The notes under the pieces are model-generated. The model was not told the DNA's origin and ran no database searches. It worked only from the letters and a program-made list of their open reading frames with translations. This document shows, piece after piece, positions 51,754-64,000 of a stretch of 64,000 nt of DNA (within the stretch, counting starts at the first letter, position 1; every line of letters starts with the position of its first letter). Location: the NCBI GenBank assembly GCA_964057225.1, contig OZ059898.1:8928001-8992000 (forward strand), written 5' to 3'. The translations under genes and the position numbers were made by a program. Source of the DNA: Auanema rhodensis. Lineage: Eukaryota; Animalia; Nematoda.

Positions 51754-53970
51754 AATACTAAGATAATTCTAATAATTAAATGATCAAACTTCTTATCGAG
51801 TATATTATAATAAGAATAAATTACGAAAGAAAAATTTAAAAGAGCTGGTCGTATTAGATTGTTATAAAATCTGCGAGAGTTTTAGAAGGAGGAGATAGAA
51901 AGTACAATTTAGCAGAAAATGTAAGAAATTCAATATCAGCTTACTTTCATTTTTCTTTTACTTTCCATTTAAGGAAGTCTAGACAGACAATAGTTCAATT
52001 TTAAGTAATAGTGAGAGAAAAATGTTCGAAAGATGGTTCGTAATACTATTATTTTTGGAAAAATTGGAAGAAAAAAAATTGAATGGGGGTTGGAAAATCA
52101 AATGAATTTGGCTAAAAGTCTTAACTTATAATTTTATTATCCGTATATAATACATAAAGTTTATATGTATATACATATATAATTAATATAAAATAGCTGT
52201 TATAGTATAAACTTACCACGATTAACAATCACAGACATAAATTGTGGAACAAATTTCATTTCACATGGTTGTTTCACATTTCCAATAATTACTTCTTTTT
52301 TTGTTTTTGACCGATGAACACGTCTCCAATGTTTCTGCTTCAGCCTTCGTAAAAATGATGGCTTGACTACAGGATCATGTTGTTGTCCTTCTGTTGCTAT
52401 GATGCCTTCAGAAGGCTTTCTTTCAATACCAGTAACCTAAATAAATATAGTTTATGTTTTTTCTGAGCCTGAACACCCAGTTTAAGATATATTATTTTCT
52501 GAAAGAAAACTATTGAAGCTGAACTTTTTTCAATCTGCTTTTCGAATAAAAATTTGAAACGAGGGGGAGAAGTCCTACATATTCCCAAATGGCATTTAAT
52601 TCTCAGATTTCAAGCTAACGCATTACATTACAAGTAGGTGAAAATTTTGAAGATTTTGCAACGTTATGCCTACGACCTGATTGTTTCATTTTTATTTTCA
52701 ATTTGAAAAAACTGATTCAAGAAACGTACTACCAAATTTTCTTCATCTTGTATGGAAACACGGTAGCTTCCTCGCCGGGACATATGGTCGTTTTGCCAAT
52801 ATTCTAAAAATCGTATTCCTAGCAATGATAAAACTGAAAAAGAATAAGTTGATGTTAATAAAAAAAGTGAAAATACATGTAAAAATCCTAAAAATAAATA
52901 AATTACATAAGAAATTCATTAAAAACACACATATGATTATAAAAGAAAATTTTTTTTAAACATCCCATGATGTAATTAATGTATGTAATTGGAATGAAAT
53001 TTGTAAAGAGAATATTTTAAAATTATGTCAATAAATTAGATGAAGCATTAATAAGCATTGAAATATTATGTTTCATATGGATTAAGATGAGCAAGTGTTA
53101 AGTGTTGTACCTGTGTGTGTATGTATGTATGTAAATGAAGAATAATAAGTACAAGAATAACCAAAACTACACAAATAAAGAACAATTTATAATCAAACTT
53201 ATTACTTTTATATTTAGTAAATTTATAATTTTTAAAAATAGAAATTTATATAAATGTATGAATATATATATCTTGAATTTCTGATGAAATTTCTGGAATA
53301 CGTAGGCATTAGAAGAATAATAAAAAGAAAGACAAGCATATAATATATGGAAAAAGCAAATAAAACGATTTAAACTTAATTAAAGCTTTCATTATTTCTT
53401 TGATCATAAGAGTAAAATTTTCATCATCATCATCTTGATTTCTTTCATTTCCTAAAATTCAAAAAAAAAAAAAGAATAAGAAGAATATTGTAATTGGATA
53501 TAATACATACAACATGAAATATATTTGTAAGATTTATTGAATTACAATAACTTTTCTAATATAATCAGATAATAATAATAAAAATTTATAAAAAAAAAAA
53601 CAAAGTCATACAACAGAAAAAATGTGAAATACATCAAAAGCATTCAAATATTTAATATTACTTTGTATCTATTCAAATGAATGAAGCCGTCGAATTTGCT
53701 GTTAATTTCTGAAATATTTGCAATTGACTTATTAAATTACTTACACAAATGTATAATTATGTACAAATACACATATATATATATATATACATATGTATGA
53801 TTCTATGATTCAAAGCAACAAAACCTTTTCCTTTAATTATTGATGTTTTTAACAAATAGTTTAATTTGAATTCATTTAAATATATTAACTATAACAAGTA
53901 CATAAAAAAGATTTTTGATAGTTAATAGTTTTGATCAATATTCAATCATATTATAGATTTATTAGTTATA

Positions 53971-54194
53971 ATAGGTGGTTGCATTGATTCCAGCCCCCCC
54001 CCCTTTTGAATTTTTTTTGCATCAAAAAATAATTTTTTTTCAAGAAAGGTATTAAAAGTTTGAGAGAAAGATGAGAGAAGATTATCGCAAAGACGGGAGA
54101 ACACTAAACTTAATAAATGTTTTTCTCTAAATATGTTTTTTCGACTATTTTATGGGCTTCGGTGAGGGGGCCGGGAATCAATGCAACTACCTAA
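53971..54194. mobile_element. Mariner/Tc1-type MITE (224 bp)
   Basis: Imperfect ~28-bp terminal inverted repeats: ATAGGTGGTTGCATTGATTCCAGCCCCC versus TTAGGTAGTTGCATTGATTCCCGGCCCCC (reverse complement). Flanked by TA on both sides (53969-70, 54195-96); non-coding interior. Confidence 0.85.
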
Positions 54195-54631
54195 TATAAA
54201 TATATTTATTTAAAAAATTATTTTTATTATTTTTATAAATAAATAAATATATTTTAAAAACTAATATAAATATTAATATACATATGTAGTTACTTGTACC
54301 GGACTTGAGAGTTCATCCGCATGAAAGATTCAAACAAAATATTTTTGCGATACATGATATTGGGGGCAGCCGAGAAAATTTTTCTTTTGAGTAATTGCAC
54401 TGTTATTTAATTTTATAGAGAAAAATTGAAATGATTGAAGAGTTTATTGAGTTAAGAGAAGATAAGTAGACTTTTCTTTGTATATAATGACCGCTTATTT
54501 GATGCCCATCACAATTGTTTGTCTTGGCTATCAACTATCTAAAGCTAATGATCTAGTATCACCTACTCAGAACTCATCCCATCGTATTCACAATAATTCT
54601 CACATTTTCTTTCTATTTCCTTATTAGTAAA

Positions 54632-57284
54632 ATGATTTTACCTTTCTTAATTAGTATTACGGCTGTTTATTCTATAAATTCTATACGATATGGTAATCAA
54701 GGTAAAATATATTCTATGTTATTCATGTTATTTATAAAACATTTGAAGATTTATGTCCTGATATGACAATTCCTCAAAAAACTTCAAATTCTGTTCCAAA
54801 ATTATGTAAGAATGATTCTGATTGTAATAAAGGATACAAGTTAGTTATTAAAACGTTTCAGAAAAACTTTCCAAAAACAGTATTACTTCAGTTGTGTTCC
54901 TACATCTCATACTCACTTTGGAAAAATTTTAAACTATTGCTGTCAAACAAGAGGCAAGATTCCTTTTTTTTTTCAAAAAAAAAAAAAAAATTTCATATAT
55001 AGATAATATCTAAAATAATTAATTTTTAATATTTAGAATCTATTTGTTCATTACCACCAAATCCAGGATATGGGGATTGTTTTATTCAACCTCAAACAAG
55101 ATATTATTTCGACACAACCGAGCTTAAGTACTATCCTGAGTATTCTTTCAAAAATTAAAATGAAATTCAATTTTAGATGTAAATCATTCAAATATATTGA
55201 ATGCTTAGGAGGAAATCAAAATCAGTTTAATACAGTTCAGGAATGTATTAAATTTTGTCAAAGTACAGGTATGATTATTCTATAATATTAGTATAATATA
55301 CCTCTTTTGGCCTTCTTAAGCTTGTAAAGCCGGCGAAAATCTTTTGTTATCACCTTCTAACACTCCTGTTATTTGTGCGAATAAGGATGTTTGTCCAGAC
55401 GGTCATCGCTGTGTCTATGACCAATTATTCCGACGACACGTTTGTTGCGGAATGACTAGGCAAGGTATTAAGCACTTTCAATTATATTTAAAATAAAACA
55501 AATTTGATCAGAGGTGTGTCCGCAATCGACACTATCCTTTGCTGCTCCACCGAGTTTTAAGCCTTTAGCTTGTGAGCATTCAACTACTTCTGATGGATGT
55601 CCACATGATTTTGTATGTACAGGCCAATCAAAAATTGGTCACTGTTGTACACCTCAATATGGTAAAGCATAATACATATATCACAAGTATCTTTCATGTT
55701 AAGGAACATGTTCTTTGGGACAAACAGCTTACTTACATCCATTAACTAAGCGTTCCATGAAATGTGATCCAATGAGAGTTTTAGCTGATTGTCCAACAGA
55801 TTATCATTGTTCATCAGCTGTTCCTGGAGCTAGTTGGGGATTTTGTTGCAGTGATAAGGTTACAGGTACTTCAAATATTTCATTTCATAAAATATAATAA
55901 TAAATTTTTAAATTATAGCTGAATGCCCAGAAGGTACTGAAGCATATTTAGAATCAACAAGCAAGCAACCAGTGCAATGCACTGTCGGTGTTACCACATG
56001 CAGGTATTTCTCAGAAATGACAAGAACTATTTTCTATATTATCTATACTATTACAGTATTGGGTATTCATGTCAAAGTAAGAATCGCAACATCATAGGAT
56101 TTTGTTGTTCAAAATTAAACAAAAATAGTCAATTGGCACATTCTCCTTCCATTAAATATGGTAATATACATATATATTTATAGAATAACTATTCCAGTTT
56201 TAGTAAATTTTATTTATTTCAAATACTCACGGAACAATAATCGATTTTTCTGTTAAACGATCAAAATAATGACGTGATATACCAAAAGTTTTAAATAAAA
56301 TATTTAATACACCTACACTATGGTTGAAATAATTTGCATTCGATAGAAGAGTTTTAATACTGATTATGCAAGAATTATGATATCAATTTGTTTATGTCAT
56401 AAAAACTTGTTTTAATTTAATTTTTTTAGAGAAATTAGTAAAGAAGATAGAAGTGGATTTGATGGATAACTCACATTATTCTTCTGATGTTATAGATGAT
56501 GTATCTGGTATAAGACATGAAAAACGAATAATTGGTAAATAAGAAATAATTATTTTTAAAAAAAAAAACAAAAAAAATTCTTAAGATTACCAATTTGAAA
56601 TTGATCATATGAAAGAAGATGTGGATTGGAATAAGATAAAATATTCTAATAAAAAAACAAATACATACAGTATATTATTAAATACTTTGAAATGTCCAAA
56701 TAATGGAGAAACTTTATTCTATGAAGGAACTCAATTAGCTAGGGAATGTACTCCTGTAGCAGGTTTAAACAATTTCTGTCCAGGTGCAACAGAATTTAAA
56801 CATATTTGATAATTTTCTTACAATTTAGATGAAGCCGAATGTGTTCCAGCTTTTCAAGATATTCATGGTCGATCTGTTTGTTGCATTTTATCAAAAGAAA
56901 CAACAATGAAACCTAGGTAAGTATTCGTTCAAAATTTTCATTTTAATCTAATTTATTCCATGAAGAATAACTGTTCCTACTACAAAAAAGACAAAATCAT
57001 TTGTTTACATGGTCACCTCAAAAACAATTCCAATGAAAACTGAGAGAACATCAGGTTAGATAAATCAAAAACCTTATTCAACAAATTGAATTTTTGATAT
57101 TCACTGAATTAAACCAAATTAAATAAATAATTTTTTAGATCCATTCTGTCCAACAATTGTGTCGAACAAACGATGTAAACTTAGCAAAAAATCATCAGAT
57201 TGTCGAGAGCCAGGATTCTTCTGTCAATACAACATACAATTGAGAGAATATCGATGTTGTTCTATGGAAGTTGAAGGAATATAA
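54632..57284 (+). CDS. Secreted Kunitz/BPTI + Lustrin-like cysteine-rich repeat protein
   Basis: Signal peptide; one Kunitz domain (ICSLPPNPGYGDC...RYYFD...CKSFKYIECLGGNQNQFNTVQECIKFC); several C-P...C...CP..Y.C...CC modules; ends CCSMEVEGI-TAA. Confidence 0.88.
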
Positions 57285-57825
57285 TGTATTAATACGGGTC
57301 AATTCTTTAGAAAACATCCAAATTACATGAAAAGTTGATATATCATATCATATCATCTCTAAAAGCAGATCTTTTATTGAAAAATGATATATAAATATAT
57401 AATATCTATACTATATGTAATAACAAATATTATTCTAATTATAAACTTTATTTTTATAATGAAATCATTTTTCATAGAAAATATAGATTATAATTTGAAT
57501 TTTAAAAATCTTTATCGAACATTGAATGTGTTTAACCTTTTATGATAAAGTCATACAAATAACATGCAATACAGATCGAAACAAATGATGTTTTAACGTC
57601 ATACACCAAATCATTATTATTCAAATATTCTGATCCTGAAATTAATCGGAACAGCTCTTATATTTGCAAATGCTTCCCAAGAGAGCGGTTGCTTTTAACA
57701 CTTTATCAGTTTTTTTTGGCGAATTTCAATAAAAATTTGTTCCTCATTCATGTTATTATTTATTTTTTTTATAGATATATATTTTGCTATACAATTGTTG
57801 AACCGAAGAAACAATTTTTATCATA

Positions 57826-59858
57826 ATGACGGTAATTGTTTATATTCTATATTTATATTATTCTATAATATTTCTAAAGATAAAACATTCTACGGGTGAA
57901 ATATCAAAACCGGATTCCATTAAATCTATGGAAACAAATACTACAGTTTCTTATGTACAAGAAGAAATTAACGAAAAACAAACACCATGGGTGTCTGTGT
58001 ATAGTTGTGGAATATGTTCTTTCATTCAAGCAGCTCAATTTACTGTATTTTTCAGTTCAATGTGGCCATATCTTTTGAATGTAATGATGTTATGTGATTC
58101 ACTAAACATATCATATCATATTTGCAGTTGAATCCTAATGTAACAGAATCCATGTATGGTTGGGTTGTTACTGCTTATAGTATTGCACAATGCTTATCTG
58201 CTCCAACTTTTGGATTTTGGAGTAATCATATAGAACAAGTAAAATAATAAGAAAATACAAAAAAAAAGAAAAATCATATTTCAAGGTTCGAGTTCCATTG
58301 TTATTTGGATTTGCTGTAATGATATTTGGAAACATGTTATATCTATCACTGGATTCATTACCAGCTGCAATGTCTGCTTACGGTATGATGGCTGCAAGAT
58401 TTGTCACTGGCTTCGGAACGGGTTTGATTATTTCTCTTATAGTATTAGTTATTTCCAATTGTATTTTTTTCTAGGAAATGCTACATTGCTTCGAACATAT
58501 GTTGGAGTTGCTTCCATTAAAGCTGACCGATTCCGAGCAATTGCTTATGTTACAGGAGGAATGACAATTGGAACTATGATTGGACCAGGCAGGATCAAAT
58601 TCATTTTTCAACAAAAAATGTGAATTTCTTTTAGCTGCTCAGTTGCTTTTTGCTCCTTTGGGTGAAACAGGATACGATTTGGGTTTTGTTCGATTTAATA
58701 TGTTCACAGGACCAGCGTATTTATCTTTAATATTGAATATATGTGGATTCATATTGATGAAATTTTTCTTCGAAGAATATATTCCTGATTATTCAGCGGA
58801 AGCAGAGGTTATACAAGTAGTTTTTCATTAAAAAAAAAACTTTTTCTGTTAAAGTCTGCCGGTGGAAAAATTTCTTGGGATAAGGTTGCCGTTGGTATCT
58901 GTATTCTATCCCGATTTTCACAAATCTTCATTCAAACAACAATTGAAACGTAACATTTAATGAAAAACAATAGTATTTTTAAATTATTTCAGTATAAATT
59001 CACCATATTCTATTATGATGTTTGGCTTTTCAAAAGAAGACAGTGTTTTATATAATGCTTCTATACATGGTATATCAGGTGTTTGTGGAGTTATCTGTTA
59101 TGCATTTTTCATTTTAAAAGATTTGGGAAAAGTGTAAGAAATATTTATCAAAAAGTATTTGTGTTGAAAGTTAATTTTAGGCTTAATCATCGTTTAACCT
59201 CATTATTAGTACAATTTGTCTTAGTTTCTATGTTTGTTGTTACTTTTTCATGGCCATTTTTGCCAGAAAAAGTTGCTATCAAGGTTCCAGGTAAACATTC
59301 TTTCATCCAAAAATAAATAAATTTTATAAATTCAGGTTCTGATTATGGATGTAATGATAAACGATTCACATGGTGTGGAGATCTTACCTTAATGTATTCA
59401 TGGGTTTGATATGAACTATAATTCTTAATAATTTATTATTTTTATAGATTTATTATGGATTCTATGTAATTGTTTTTGGTGTTGCATTCTCTTTCTTAAA
59501 TGTGTCTATAACAACATTATTTACTGAGATTATAGGACCAACTAAACAAGTAATATTTAATAGTTAACATATACATTATATTTTATCTTTTTAAAGGGAT
59601 CATTACAAGGATTGTTCCAATTATTTGGAAGCTTGGGCCGATTAAGTGCTCCATTACTTATGAGGTTATATAAAGAAAATTCTATTTATAACATTTTTAT
59701 TATATATTTTCAGTAATCTATATAGTATATCTGGTCCAAGATCTGTATGGATTGCAGCTATAATAGAAGCTTTAGCTGTTGCATTGGCGTGGGTTGCATT
59801 CTATGGTCGAATGATTCCATTCGATGAACGAAAAAAATGTAGAAAGGAAGAAGTTTAA
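57826..59858 (+). CDS. Major facilitator superfamily transporter, MFSD8/CLN7-like nematode family
   Basis: TPWVSVYSCGICSFIQAAQFTVFFSSMWPYL, YSIAQCLSAPTFGFWSN, RFVTGFGTGNATLLRTY, RFNMFTGPAY, GCNDKRFTWC and TLFTEIIGPTKQGSLQGLFQLFGSLGR. Confidence 0.9.
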
Positions 59859-61543
59859 GAAAAATAATAAGAAGTAGAAGAAGAATAAGAAGAAGAAGAG
59901 TAAAAAGAAGAAGATGAAGAAGCATTAATAGTGATATCATACAATACAAGTAATTATCTTATTTAATAATATTATTATCAATATTACTAATAATATAATA
60001 TTATTTTTAAATATAAAATTCGAAAAATAATTTTTATTCTATGACATCATACTGAACAACTCTAAAAAAATATAAATAATTGATTTATTTAATAGGACTT
60101 GATGAACTTAACCAGATTGTGAATCGTACATTGCACTTTAAACGAGAGCTTTGATTCTCGTATTTGTTTGACCAAAATGCGTCATCGTCATTTCCATTCA
60201 CGGTGACAATGAACCTTCCCCCTCCCGCCTTTCAATATCGTTCACTTCACCTCTCTCACTCTCATGCTCTTTCACTTCTATCTGTTATCCCTCCAATTCT
60301 CTGTTCTCTCTATACACCATATCTAGTCTTCATTCTATTTTCCCTCACTAGTGTCTTTCTCATACTCAACGATGAATATGAATGTTCATTTTTCCTCTAT
60401 AACATATATACGTATAAGTTTCTGATAGCTGTTATCAAATGTTATTCTGTTATTTTATCAATAATGATAATTTAAAACAATAAATATACATTACTATTTA
60501 TATAAAATAGTATTTAAAGAACATAACAATGTTAAAAGAAAATTGATCTGTGTTTGTGTATGATGATTTGTGTTTCGAACATCTTTCGTCTTCTATTTTT
60601 TGTAATATTTGATATATATTTACATATAATAAATCAGAAAAACTATTTTTTACAATAAATACATTATTGTATATAATATTTATTATTATTATTATTATTA
60701 TCTTAATCTTTCATGAACTCTCTTCACTAATCTTCTTGTTAAATCTTATTCATCCTTATCTTATACTAATATCATATTTTAATACTCATATATACAATAT
60801 ATTATATAATATTGTAATAATATATACTATATATGTATACATTATTCACTTTTTATCAGAATTCTTAGAATAAAAAATTATTTTTTCATCGTCTTTTTGG
60901 TAAAATTCTTTCAGCTTTTTTTTTGTTTTTCTTCCGTTATCATAAATTTATTCGCTTAATATGTTTTCATGCAAAATATGTTTTTGTTTTTCTAATGAAA
61001 GCTGTTGCAGTTTCCATATATTCTTTCATATTCTTACAAGAACTATTCAGTTTTCTTACTATTTGAATTTTCAATTATAATTCAATTTATTCAGTTATAT
61101 ACAATATAAAAAGAAATGAATTTTATTTATTTGTTAGTTAATCACTATATCATAATCAAATCTCTTAACTACCCTCATTTCAAAAAGTAATTTTCTACAT
61201 GAATATCTATTATCATAATTCTATTTGTACTTAACTATATGAAATAATTTATTTTAATAATTCATTCATAGTGATTTTTTGATTTTTAATATATACATTA
61301 TTTTTATAATCTTCTCATTTTAAATCGTATTTCATAGAGATAATACATTTTCATTACAAACATTCTGGAAAATTGCCAATTTATTTAGATAAGCTTCTTC
61401 TTAGTAGTGATAGCTAATAATTTGTTCATAAAGAAATCATAATATCTATATACATTTATACAATTATATGTTTAAATTCTTTTTATTCTTTTTACTTTTT
61501 ATTTCAATTGTTTTCATTAACTTTTATCTTTTTTCTAGAAATT

Positions 61544-63145
61544 ATGTTTCGAAATACAAGCTACCGTGTAATATCTACTGCTGTTAAACTACAAAGTTTG
61601 TTATACTTATACTTATATTATATATTGATATAATATAATTTTATTATAATTCAGAATCTCAACAAAGAACATCATTGGCAAATGTATCAAATATTGTATA
61701 TAGATTGGCTAATAAGAAAGATAAAGATGCTTTAGTTAATCTTGTTACAAGATATATAATGCAAGATGAACATTATAAAGTAAAATTTTTTATTTATTTC
61801 TTCTTAAACATCTTCTTTATTTTTTTAATTTTAGGGTTTACAAGGATCAGCTGAAGAAACTGAGGAACAATGTGATTATATTGTCAGAGATGTATTACGT
61901 TTTCCTTATACCATGCTTGCTTATGATAATGATCAAGCTATTGGATTTAGGTATTTGTAATTAAATATATAATTTATAATTCAAAAGATATTCAAATATA
62001 TATTTACATATGTATATTTAATTAAAAAGATTTATGTTTCAGTTTAATTACAAATCGTCACCGCGATGTAACTAAAAACCGTTTGGAGTTGTTAGGTCCA
62101 CAACCACAACGAACACCTAATTTTTCTGCTCTTCGTGAGTTATATAATTCTTTTCTTGAATATTTTTTAATATTAAATTACAAATTTAATATTTATAACA
62201 AAAATGTTTGAAAATTTTTTGTTAATTTCTTGTGTTTTGCAGGTGATATACGCGTTCATGCTGAAAATCAGTTTTGGTATATAGCGCCAGAAGCCAGTAA
62301 TGTAAGTTTTCAGTTGTTTTAAATATAAATCAATCAATAAACTACAATATTATGAATATAAACTATTATAGATTTTCGTTGCTGAAGCTATATACATAGA
62401 ACCAGAGTATCGACGATCTCAAATAGCTTCAACACTTGTAGCAGAACAATTCCAACGTCTCAGCTTATTGACTAAGGTATTATTATTTTTAAAAAAATAA
62501 TAATTCAAAGAATTTTTATAAAATCACAAAACATCCGATTCGTTTTTTTTTCTTCATTCTTTTCATATCTTAAAACTATCACATGGAAATATCTTTGAAT
62601 TGAAAAAAAAAGAAATAATAAAGAAAACATTTTTTATTATTTCTTTTTATCTTTTTCTTTTTATTTTCAAACTTTATATACGAAATATTCAAAAACATAA
62701 ATGTTTGTTCAAAGAATTCTTGAACTTAATGAGATCCGAGTTAAAGATAATCAACACCCCCTCAATTCCCTATATCATAATGATCAAAAATTAATCTTGA
62801 AAAATATTTGTTTTGTTTTATTTTTTTTTTAAAGAATAATAAAAAAAGTTCAAAGAAATTGATTTTATAACATGATAAATAATATTTATGATTTATAGGA
62901 TAATTGCCCGATGGATGGTATGATTGCTATATCTACAAGCTATGCAAATATGTGTCAACTTGAAAAACTGGGTTTTAATAATATTTATAATGTAAATAAT
63001 TAAAATTATAATATAGTTTATATATATGATCAATTAATCCCATTTTTAGGTTCCATCCAAATTTTACCGTCGATCAGATGGAAGTTCTTGGACACCAGCT
63101 GATCCTATGATGCCATTTGCACAATTAATGTATTTAAAATGTTAA
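61544..63145 (+). CDS. GNAT N-acetyltransferase, insect AANAT-like
   Basis: Exons join to give YRLANKKDKDALVNLVTRYIMQDEHYK, TMLAYDNDQAIGF, motif A IYIEPEYRRSQIASTLV and STSYANMCQLEKLGF; ends AQLMYLKC-TAA. Confidence 0.75.
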
Positions 63146-63692
63146 ATATAATATTATTTATTTATATTATTATTGTATTTGAATCAATAAAATGTTTAGG
63201 TAAACTTATCATGAAATTCATATGAAACAATTATTTGAAACTTCATTTCATTGAAAGCATGTTTAATTACTGTAAAGTTTACACTGAACTACATCAAATA
63301 GCAAAAAGCTATAAGATTCTATGATATTTCAATTTTAAAATCAGTTTCAAATACTCTTTGTCTGTCTAATTTTTTCGAATGAATAATGATAATGTATTGA
63401 AACTGAAGAGAGAAGAGACATAATAGTTCCAATTGGATAAGACAGACTAACATGCTGAAAATTTTTAGAAATAAGAATTCTGTGATCAATTAGATTTGAA
63501 TGCTTCCTTGACCAGAAACAGTAAAAAAAGCAAATTGAAAACAGTTGTTTTTGAAAAAAAATATTCTCAAAACTTAAAAGTTTTGAAAACTTTATCTCAC
63601 ATTGTAACCCATCTATCTCTTCAATTTAATATTGTAATCAATTAATGTTTTGAGGAGAAAATGTATCAACATCAAACCAAAGATATCAATTA

Positions 63693-63881
63693 ATGAGTCA
63701 AAAATTCATATATAAGCCTGAAGATTCTTTCGATGGTTTGTATACATTCGACAACTATCAGCACAGACGGCTACAAAATTTTCATCACAATTCCTCTAGA
63801 AATATATCGAAATATATATTTTTCGAATATGTGCTGGTACTTTCATTTTTTTTTCTAATAAGCATTCAATCGGTTTTGTAA
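63693..63881 (+). CDS. Possible first exon of a gene running off the window
   Basis: MSQKFIYKPEDSFDGLYTFDNYQHRRLQNF... looks coding-like but is short and unrecognised. Confidence 0.2.
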   Translation: MSQKFIYKPEDSFDGLYTFDNYQHRRLQNFHHNSSRNISKYIFFEYVLVLSFFFLISIQSVL

Positions 63882-64000
63882 ATTCGTTCTTATAATTAAA
63901 AAAAACAATTTTTGCGAATCAGATTCGTTTGAAATAGGTCAAGCTGTGCCTTTTGTAGTTAAAACTTATTTTTCTTTTTCTAAAAATAAAATACATGACA

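Noticed and set aside
59758-60873. F/L/I/Y-rich short ORFs from the track (also many in 29-53 kb)
   Set aside because: Artefacts of low-complexity AT or purine tracts, or antisense to real exons.

Overview
Eukaryotic genomic DNA from a rhabditid (clade V-like) nematode. Evidence: spliced genes with mostly ~38-55 nt introns, TTTCAG-type trans-splice acceptors directly before start codons, and clear orthologues of C. elegans genes. The left ~28 kb is gene-dense: the 3' part of kinesin-3 klp-4/KIF13; a probable minus-strand operon syx-6 > pfut-1 > SURF2-like; a peroxisomal acyl-CoA oxidase; an efl-2-like E2F head-to-head with mitochondrial EF-G1; and two small secreted orphans. ift-81, with a canonical X-box, spans a shift into a much more AT-rich domain. 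That domain holds a probable decayed K/E-rich gene, an aminergic-type GPCR, gur-3, a mariner-type MITE, a Kunitz/cysteine-repeat protein, an MFSD8-like transporter and an AANAT-like GNAT. Most notable: (1) the E2F locus has two alternative first exons (with and without a cyclin RxL motif), E2F sites in its own promoter and a 3'UTR dense in miRNA seed matches; (2) three hidden alternative exons lie in the klp-4 tail intron; (3) a 2.2 kb SURF2 intron contains nested ORFs; (4) there is an intergenic H/ACA-like double hairpin. I found no clear wholly new system. All gene models were spliced by eye and orthology calls rest on remembered protein sequences, not database searches.
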